Positions 61,201 to 64,000 of a stretch of 64,000 nt of DNA are shown piece after piece. The notes under the pieces were generated by a model. That model was not told the DNA's origin and did not search any database. It saw nothing but the letters and a program-made list of their open reading frames with translations. The stretch lies in assembly GCA_051362555.1 (NCBI GenBank), contig CM120640.1, forward strand, positions 21,638,001 through 21,702,000, written 5' to 3'. The stretch is from Lingula anatina (lineage: Eukaryota > Animalia > Brachiopoda). Within the stretch, counting starts at the first letter, position 1. Each line of letters starts with the position of its first letter. The translations under genes were made by a program, and so were the position numbers.

Positions 61201-64000
61201 CGCGCTGGGATAGGGTGTGCAAACTCAGTGTAGACAAGCAGAAGAGGCTAGATGAGGCTATGAAAAAGGTAACAAGTTTGGCAGTTTTGTGGAAAGTTAA
61301 TTATATAATTTACAGATTAAGGTTATAATTTTTCTTTTGCTAAATGGAATGCAGATAGAAGTTTAATGCAGTAATTGGCTTATGTAGGTTGAAAAGGAGG
61401 TTTTTTTGTTTGTTTGTTTATTAATGCTTATGCATTGTAAAGGTATGACATCTATCTTTTGAGTTATGTTTTAAACCAAAGTTAGTGAACAAATGGTTCC
61501 ATATTTGTGGTGCCTGCTCTCTGTTGCATTGACCTGTGGAATAAACAATTCTTCTGTGTAAATAGGCTGAAGACTTCCACAAAAGAGCACAGCAACTGTT
61601 GGAGTGGATGGCAGATGCTGAAATGCACCTTCGATATCATTCTCACATTGCTGATGACGAGGAAGAGTTGAGTCAACAGCTTGAAGACATGAAGGTATGA
61701 TGGTAGTTCTCATAATTTTTCATCATCATAACAATTGGATTGCCAATAATTTGAATGAAATTACCATAAAAACTTTTTCATGGATCGTTTAAGAGCGGGG
61801 TTAGCAAACTTGTTTACTGAGGTAGCCAATAAAGTGAATAATTGACTTCTGTATCACTTATGTATCTCTAAATGTGAACTGTTTGTGATTCCTGATTTTT
61901 AACTTTTTGAATTCTGATGTATTTGCTTTTTCTTTTTATAGAGTTTACAAGCTGAGTTAGTGAAGCAAGAAGAGAACTTGAAGACTACCCTAGCATTGGG
62001 AGGAGATATCTTAAAACAGAGTCACCCAGTTGCTGTGATGCCAGTCAAACACTGGATCACCATACTACAGGCTAGGTGGGAGGAGGTGAGAGGATCTATT
62101 TTGTTATCAAATATTAAAATAAGAGACATATAAGGTATCTTTCACGGATGCTATTGAAGGGAGTGGATTTTAATCAATTTTCATTACTTTTTTTCCCCCA
62201 ACAGATCTCTACGTGGGCCAATCAACGTGAACGTCGTCTGACAGATGCCCTGTCTGAGCTACATAACAGCATGGCATTGCTAGACAAACTGATGACCTGG
62301 CTGCAGACGGCAGAAAGTCACCTGACCTACCAGGAGCAGGAGCCACTGCCAGTGGACATGGAGGAGATAGAAAAGTTGACCAAAGAACATGAGGTAAGTT
62401 TAAAATAACCATTAAGTTAAGAGTATTTTTGGTTTAAAAGTTTGTAGGTGTTTGATGCATATTTTTATAGAAAAATGACAAAAATCATTGCAAGTTTTGT
62501 TTCCTAAGTGATTTCTTCATTTAACAAAGATTATCCCTACACATTGTTTATTAATTGCTATATATTATCTTACGTAGGAGTTTGAGAATGACATGACCAG
62601 CAGACAGCCAGACTATGACTGTCTCACCAAGACACAGAAGAGGAGGCCATCTTTAGACAGCAGCTCAGGCCTCCTCAGTCCTTTTGAGAGAGGGTCCCCC
62701 AAGAGAAGCTCAACACCAAGGCAAATGTGAGTTACCAACCAGCAGGTTACACATGTTTAATGGTACCAGAGAATTATCCAGTAGAATATATTGCTTAGCA
62801 GTAACATTCATAACTTATACGATGTACAAAGTGAAATGTGTTTGGTTATTTGGAGATGATTTGAGTAACCAGTTTAAGTGAATTATGCATAAAACCATGT
62901 GAGTTCTGTTTTTTTGTGTGTATATTGACATGATACAATTTTCTTAATGCATTCACACAGTATGGGAAAAATGGTTAAGTTTCATAATCATCGAGAATTC
63001 GATAACTGTCATTGTTCTATCCAGAGATTGAAGCAGTAAGATGCTGTGTGCAGTTTACACTTGTGTTCTTGTTGTTTGCTCTTTCTTCTTCCATGCACAT
63101 AAATGTCCAAATTTAAATCTTCATAGATGGCCATTTTGGTGGTACCATGGTTGATATACCATTGAATTAAGTTGTATTCTCTACGTAACTTCAGTTGCGC
63201 TGTTCAGTTTTAAGTGTTTTGCTCTGACTCAGATTTCTTGATATTGTTTATGGTCACAATATTAAATTTTTCCTTTGAGCAGCTGTAAAGTTACTAGATT
63301 TGGAAACAGTTTGTGAATGTGATGTTTGTGAAATAAAGGTGTGAAGTATGAAAATATGTATTTGCAACATAATAATAGATAAATCAATCTGGAGACGTAA
63401 TGAAGCTTAATCAGTTTAAAGATCGTTAGATAAGGAAAAATAGTACTACAGATGTAAACTGTGAAGAGAATAATGCTCCCTTTAAAAAAAAAAGAAAGAT
63501 AGAAAGCAAAAAATGAAAAAATTGTTTCTTTTACAAAAAATGAAACTTGATTTCCCCTCAATCCAGGAAATATGATGCCAGGGGTCGTGCAGGTAGCACC
63601 CCCACCCCTACTGCAGAGCCCCAGTTTAAGAACCCCAGGGTGACGGCTCTGTTTAACAAGTGGCGCCATGTGTGGCTGATGGCCATGGACAGGAGGAGGA
63701 AGCTGCAGGATGCTCAAGATTACTTCAAAGAAGTATGTTACCCAATAAACAATGGAAAATTGTTTGAAGAAATTGAGTGTTTTCGTACAAAAATCATACC
63801 GAATTTTTGGACAAAGAAGCAATATAAACATCCTTTGTACATTTAAGAGGTCTACAAAATAGTAGTTAGAGAATATTTAATTGCTTATAACTTTTCAAGC
63901 TGTTAGCCTTTGATTAAATTTTTACATCAGAAATATTTTCATGTATTGGTTTACAATCTAAATTTATCAATTATCTCAGATGGAAAGACTAAAAGACTTC
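3335..64000 (+). CDS. MACF1: Spectraplakin (shot/vab-10/MACF1/dystonin orthologue), partial multi-exon gene: CH2 - plakin(SH3) - plectin-repeat giant exons - spectrin-repeat rod; CH1 lies upstream and EF-hand/GAS2 downstream of the window
   Basis: 76 GT-AG exons join in one open frame with matching phases. Hallmark motifs: [11 protein letters not shown]...[26 protein letters not shown] (CH2), [29 protein letters not shown] (plakin SH3), [11 protein letters not shown], plectin repeats DPxTGxxxxxxEAxxxGL, [24 protein letters not shown] and [18 protein letters not shown] (conserved distal rod). Confidence 0.96.
3926..4041 (+). CDS. MACF1: Exon, CH2 domain
   Basis: PDLVNY...[22 protein letters not shown]; phase 2-1. 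Confidence 0.93.
4237..4343 (+). CDS. MACF1: Exon, end of CH2
   Basis: [24 protein letters not shown]; phase 1-0. Confidence 0.93.
7599..7634. repeat. (CA)n microsatellite
   Basis: Directly visible, one interruption. Confidence 0.9.
8288..8503 (+). CDS. MACF1: Exon, plakin domain
   Basis: [21 protein letters not shown]...FYELQ; phase 0-0. Confidence 0.9.
8739..8869 (+). CDS. MACF1: Exon, plakin domain
   Basis: [20 protein letters not shown]...IQAETTR; aag acceptor. Confidence 0.82.
9064..9157 (+). CDS. MACF1: Exon, plakin domain
   Basis: [14 protein letters not shown]...MKE. Confidence 0.9.
10564..10727 (+). CDS. MACF1: Exon, plakin domain
   Basis: [14 protein letters not shown]...[21 protein letters not shown]. 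Confidence 0.9.
11264..11468 (+). CDS. MACF1: Exon, plakin domain
   Basis: IYQVQERW...[12 protein letters not shown]. Confidence 0.9.
11819..11947 (+). CDS. MACF1: Exon, plakin domain
   Basis: [16 protein letters not shown]...CITAK. Confidence 0.9.
12187..12264 (+). CDS. MACF1: Exon, plakin domain
   Basis: [26 protein letters not shown]. Confidence 0.88.
12451..12612 (+). CDS. MACF1: Exon, plakin domain
   Basis: [31 protein letters not shown]. Confidence 0.92.
14238..14296. repeat. Compound (TTG)n/(TTA)n microsatellite just upstream of a 3' splice site
   Basis: Directly visible. Confidence 0.85.
14314..14418 (+). CDS. MACF1: Exon, plakin domain
   Basis: [35 protein letters not shown]. 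Confidence 0.92.
14642..14737 (+). CDS. MACF1: Exon, plakin domain
   Basis: [26 protein letters not shown]. Confidence 0.93.
14923..15045 (+). CDS. MACF1: Exon, plakin domain
   Basis: [12 protein letters not shown]...LLRETK. Confidence 0.9.
15415..15561 (+). CDS. MACF1: Exon, plakin domain / SH3 start
   Basis: DMKDLLDEY...ILPLKMR...[12 protein letters not shown]. Confidence 0.92.
15691..15753 (+). CDS. MACF1: Exon, SH3
   Basis: [21 protein letters not shown]. Confidence 0.9.
15920..16011 (+). CDS. MACF1: Exon, SH3 end
   Basis: [25 protein letters not shown]. Confidence 0.93.
16197..16311 (+). CDS. MACF1: Exon, plakin domain
   Basis: [12 protein letters not shown]...[16 protein letters not shown]. 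Confidence 0.9.
16497..16671 (+). CDS. MACF1: Exon, plakin domain
   Basis: [20 protein letters not shown]...LQQ. Confidence 0.88.
16891..17048 (+). CDS. MACF1: Exon, plakin domain
   Basis: [14 protein letters not shown]...[16 protein letters not shown]. Confidence 0.88.
17257..17417 (+). CDS. MACF1: Exon, plakin domain
   Basis: [10 protein letters not shown]...[15 protein letters not shown]. Confidence 0.9.
17606..17744 (+). CDS. MACF1: Exon, plakin domain
   Basis: [13 protein letters not shown]...KQDLM. Confidence 0.88.
18002..18192 (+). CDS. MACF1: Exon, plakin domain
   Basis: DLKQAM...[27 protein letters not shown]. Confidence 0.9.
18494..18653 (+). CDS. MACF1: Exon, plakin domain
   Basis: [11 protein letters not shown]...MLDATA. 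Confidence 0.88.
18785..19617 (+). mobile_element. Non-autonomous, internally deleted Tc1/mariner (Tc1-type) DNA transposon in an intron
   Basis: Left end TA|TACTGAACAAAAATATAAACACAC and right end GTGCGTTTATATTTTTGTTCAGTA|TA are inverted repeats (1 mismatch in 24 nt) with TA target duplications; interior carries Tc1 transposase fragments. Confidence 0.92.
19060..19415 (+). pseudogene. Tc1 transposase remnant (N-terminal HTH fused to C-terminal tail; most of the DDE core deleted, frameshift and stop)
   Basis: [48 protein letters not shown] (HTH), then [12 protein letters not shown] (degenerate SPIEHVWD) in another frame, then [25 protein letters not shown]. Confidence 0.85.
19689..19772 (+). 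CDS. MACF1: Exon, plakin domain
   Basis: [28 protein letters not shown]; phase 0-0. Confidence 0.9.
22734..22946 (+). CDS. MACF1: Exon, last plakin-domain repeat
   Basis: [20 protein letters not shown]...AKKPRIQSG...LNKKYMDLL; phase 0-0. Confidence 0.9.
23379..34283 (+). CDS. MACF1: Giant exon 1 (10,905 nt, 3,635 codons): His/Gly repeat, many plectin repeats, ER/K helix, Ser/Arg-rich tail
   Basis: tttcag|ATAAAT acceptor, GATCAG|gtacgt donor; uninterrupted 3644-aa ORF; dozens of DPxTGxxxSxxEAIxxGLID plectin repeats. Confidence 0.93.
23493..24068 (+). repeat. Coding tandem repeat, 5 copies of (F/Y)[25 protein letters not shown], 132-nt period
   Basis: Copies start at 23493, 23592, 23724, 23856, 23988. 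Confidence 0.95.
29712..30254 (+). repeat. Low-complexity E/R/K coding tract with 24-nt repeat (EEELRIKR x4); single-alpha-helix-like
   Basis: Translation of giant exon 1; gaagaagaact(a/t)cgYat(a/t)aaacgN units from 30009. Confidence 0.9.
34540..38787 (+). CDS. MACF1: Giant exon 2 (4,248 nt, 1,416 codons): plectin repeats
   Basis: tttacag|GGTGTT acceptor, ACCAAG|gtaggt donor; 1463-aa ORF; repeats such as [22 protein letters not shown]; phase 0-0. Confidence 0.92.
39415..39456 (+). CDS. Candidate alternative terminal exon ([13 protein letters not shown])
   Basis: Branch point CACTAAC 39382-39388, pyrimidine tract, catag acceptor, phase 0, stop at 39454-39456, AT-rich downstream region with AATAAA at 40478 and 40713. 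Confidence 0.5.
   Translation: MYAEASKYSFYNY
40713..40718 (+). terminator. Candidate poly(A) signal for the short isoform
   Basis: AATAAA preceded by TGTA elements and followed about 20 nt later by GT-rich gtgagtgagtttgagttgcttttgt. Confidence 0.35.
41392..41538 (+). CDS. MACF1: Exon, spectrin rod start
   Basis: DYVAETYEQ...[16 protein letters not shown]...LLEQQ; phase 0-0. Confidence 0.87.
41842..41997 (+). CDS. MACF1: Exon, spectrin repeat
   Basis: [10 protein letters not shown]...LKNRLDN. Confidence 0.88.
42293..42469 (+). CDS. MACF1: Exon, spectrin repeat
   Basis: [13 protein letters not shown]...LAWLQ...MDKHR. Confidence 0.88.
43072..43155 (+). CDS. MACF1: Exon, spectrin repeat
   Basis: [28 protein letters not shown]. 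Confidence 0.9.
43183..43208. repeat. Poly-A homopolymer (~26 nt)
   Basis: Directly visible, intronic. Confidence 0.85.
43510..44814 (+). CDS. MACF1: Exon (1,305 nt), about four spectrin repeats
   Basis: ttcag|CAATTT...CTTAAG|gtaaat; contains 401-aa ORF with [16 protein letters not shown]. Confidence 0.92.
45035..45152 (+). CDS. MACF1: Exon, spectrin repeat
   Basis: [26 protein letters not shown]...SPIRR; phase 0-1. Confidence 0.9.
45440..45601 (+). CDS. MACF1: Exon, Ser/Pro/Arg-rich insert within a spectrin repeat
   Basis: [26 protein letters not shown]...[14 protein letters not shown]; phase 1-1. Confidence 0.83.
45795..46024 (+). CDS. MACF1: Exon, spectrin repeat
   Basis: [18 protein letters not shown]...LLKDHA. 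Confidence 0.88.
46255..46384 (+). CDS. MACF1: Exon, spectrin repeat
   Basis: [10 protein letters not shown]...NLQQL. Confidence 0.88.
46410..46576. mobile_element. Short MITE-like element (imperfect terminal inverted repeats)
   Basis: CAGGGGTGGATCCAG ... CTAAATCTGCCCCTG termini; internal TGACCGTCTTC motif three times plus inverted GAAGACGG; no clear target duplication. Confidence 0.55.
46830..47029 (+). CDS. MACF1: Exon, spectrin repeat
   Basis: [18 protein letters not shown]...QLEQVE. Confidence 0.91.
47290..47622 (+). CDS. MACF1: Exon, spectrin repeat
   Basis: [16 protein letters not shown]...ERELK. Confidence 0.9.
47837..47999 (+). CDS. MACF1: Exon, spectrin repeat
   Basis: DLEEEAKEK...TKQDLKNKL...KRRI. 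Confidence 0.88.
48233..48399 (+). CDS. MACF1: Exon, spectrin repeat
   Basis: [27 protein letters not shown]...QLRQHE. Confidence 0.9.
48666..48995 (+). CDS. MACF1: Exon, spectrin repeat
   Basis: [10 protein letters not shown]...WLQFAEEKL...KDVQ. Confidence 0.9.
49211..49361 (+). CDS. MACF1: Exon, spectrin repeat
   Basis: TLQTEIVRK...[10 protein letters not shown]. Confidence 0.9.
49534..49919 (+). CDS. MACF1: Exon, spectrin repeat
   Basis: [10 protein letters not shown]...[11 protein letters not shown]...TGAQ. Confidence 0.9.
50172..50285 (+). CDS. MACF1: Exon, spectrin repeat
   Basis: [26 protein letters not shown]...QELQ. Confidence 0.87.
50489..50602 (+). CDS. MACF1: Exon, spectrin repeat
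   Basis: AFSAQISEG...PMLAQ. Confidence 0.87.
50844..51056 (+). CDS. MACF1: Exon, spectrin repeat
   Basis: VEDLKKQH...[17 protein letters not shown]. Confidence 0.89.
51190..51351 (+). CDS. MACF1: Exon, spectrin repeat
   Basis: [22 protein letters not shown]...KWNELNQK. Confidence 0.91.
51594..51764 (+). CDS. MACF1: Exon, spectrin repeat
   Basis: [14 protein letters not shown]...[16 protein letters not shown]. Confidence 0.93.
51992..52312 (+). CDS. MACF1: Exon, spectrin repeat
   Basis: [10 protein letters not shown]...QLHHQK; aag acceptor. Confidence 0.88.
52470..52554 (+). CDS. MACF1: Exon, spectrin repeat
   Basis: [11 protein letters not shown]...GEELLQLCN; aag acceptor. Confidence 0.83.
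52705..52928 (+). CDS. MACF1: Exon, spectrin repeat
   Basis: [17 protein letters not shown]...LPLAEEF...NQLG. Confidence 0.88.
53100..53309 (+). CDS. MACF1: Exon, spectrin repeat
   Basis: EIQAQM...[14 protein letters not shown]. Confidence 0.89.
53540..53659 (+). CDS. MACF1: Exon, spectrin repeat
   Basis: [14 protein letters not shown]...QLQDHK. Confidence 0.89.
53838..54164 (+). CDS. MACF1: Exon, spectrin repeat
   Basis: [15 protein letters not shown]...[15 protein letters not shown]...DGVR. Confidence 0.91.
54366..54572 (+). CDS. MACF1: Exon, spectrin repeat
   Basis: [13 protein letters not shown]...QQTSE. Confidence 0.91.
54796..54915 (+). CDS. MACF1: Exon, spectrin repeat
   Basis: FSEKLDNML...[17 protein letters not shown]. 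Confidence 0.91.
55005..55027. repeat. Poly-G homopolymer (23 nt)
   Basis: Directly visible, intronic. Confidence 0.9.
55073..55181 (+). CDS. MACF1: Exon, spectrin repeat
   Basis: [13 protein letters not shown]...DESVK. Confidence 0.89.
55438..55664 (+). CDS. MACF1: Exon, spectrin repeat
   Basis: MKDKVDEL...FWVEL...[16 protein letters not shown]. Confidence 0.9.
55913..56137 (+). CDS. MACF1: Exon, spectrin repeat
   Basis: [19 protein letters not shown]...KFQESLI. Confidence 0.91.
56516..56617 (+). CDS. MACF1: Exon, spectrin repeat
   Basis: HLLDWLQ...[19 protein letters not shown]. Confidence 0.9.
56924..57094 (+). CDS. MACF1: Exon, spectrin repeat
   Basis: [17 protein letters not shown]...[16 protein letters not shown]. 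Confidence 0.9.
57277..57432 (+). CDS. MACF1: Exon, spectrin repeat
   Basis: [22 protein letters not shown]...SKHK. Confidence 0.91.
57772..57969 (+). CDS. MACF1: Exon, spectrin repeat
   Basis: [20 protein letters not shown]...HAYRE. Confidence 0.91.
58231..58686 (+). CDS. MACF1: Exon, spectrin repeats
   Basis: [15 protein letters not shown]...[18 protein letters not shown]. Confidence 0.93.
58879..59085 (+). CDS. MACF1: Exon, spectrin repeat
   Basis: [35 protein letters not shown]. Confidence 0.95.
59252..59371 (+). CDS. MACF1: Exon, spectrin repeat
   Basis: [12 protein letters not shown]...[15 protein letters not shown]. Confidence 0.92.
59540..59706 (+). CDS. MACF1: Exon, spectrin repeat
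   Basis: [14 protein letters not shown]...[12 protein letters not shown]. Confidence 0.93.
60427..60586 (+). CDS. MACF1: Exon, spectrin repeat
   Basis: [12 protein letters not shown]...[10 protein letters not shown]...VHGDMDTV. Confidence 0.93.
60675..60896. mobile_element. MITE-like element with long imperfect inverted arms
   Basis: CTAG at both ends; left arm AGATCGACCTAACTCCCTGGGGGTTCACGCTAAATAGCTGTCAG aligns with reverse complement of right arm AGATCGATCTATCCCCGTGGGGAGTCTCACTAGATTACTGTCAG; CpG-rich relative to host intron. Confidence 0.65.
61074..61268 (+). CDS. MACF1: Exon, spectrin repeat
   Basis: AFQQELGKR...[22 protein letters not shown]. Confidence 0.92.
61566..61694 (+). CDS. MACF1: Exon, spectrin repeat
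   Basis: [24 protein letters not shown]. Confidence 0.91.
61942..62085 (+). CDS. MACF1: Exon, spectrin repeat
   Basis: [21 protein letters not shown]. Confidence 0.92.
62205..62393 (+). CDS. MACF1: Exon, spectrin repeat
   Basis: [12 protein letters not shown]...LMTWLQTAE...LTKEHE. Confidence 0.92.
62578..62726 (+). CDS. MACF1: Exon, last spectrin repeat with Ser/Arg-rich loop
   Basis: [14 protein letters not shown]...KRRPSLD...STPRQ; AT|gtgagt, phase 0-2. Confidence 0.87.
63567..63732 (+). CDS. MACF1: Exon, end of rod
   Basis: [35 protein letters not shown]. Confidence 0.93.
63980..64000 (+). CDS. MACF1: Partial exon leading into the EF-hand region
   Basis: tctcag|ATGGAAAGACTAAAAGACTTC = MERLKDF, phase 0; runs off window. 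Confidence 0.8.

Noticed and set aside
63025-63035. ccag|AGATTGAAGCA|gtaaga micro-exon
   Set aside because: 11 nt, frameshifting and has an in-frame TGA; could only be a poison exon, with no evidence.
63262-63831. 189-aa minus-strand ORF
   Set aside because: Low-complexity F/I/L-rich translation of AT-rich intron plus antisense of a real exon.

Overview
AT-rich, CpG-poor animal (invertebrate, probably lophotrochozoan-like) genomic DNA. The whole window lies inside one + strand, intron-rich spectraplakin gene (orthologue of Drosophila shot / C. elegans vab-10 / vertebrate MACF1-DST), truncated at both ends. By reading GT-AG junctions I assembled 76 phase-compatible coding exons (about 9,550 aa by my hand count): second calponin-homology domain (3.3-4.3 kb), plakin domain with SH3 (8.3-22.9 kb), two giant phase-0 exons of 10,905 and 4,248 nt packed with plectin repeats (23.4-38.8 kb), then a long spectrin-repeat rod up to the exon preceding the EF-hand/GAS2 end (41.4-64 kb). 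The most interesting signals are: (1) a candidate alternative terminal exon and poly(A) signals after the giant exons, which would give a plectin/VAB-10A-like isoform; (2) an unfamiliar His/Gly/Asn 44-aa repeat at the start of giant exon 1 with an invariant protein core; (3) a ~180-aa ER/K single-alpha-helix; (4) clusters of QKI/MBNL/RBFOX-type motifs around the giant exons; (5) an internally deleted Tc1 transposon and two MITE-like inverted-repeat elements in introns. No prokaryotic features, RNA genes or CRISPR arrays were seen. Exon coordinates are hand-derived and lack transcript support.
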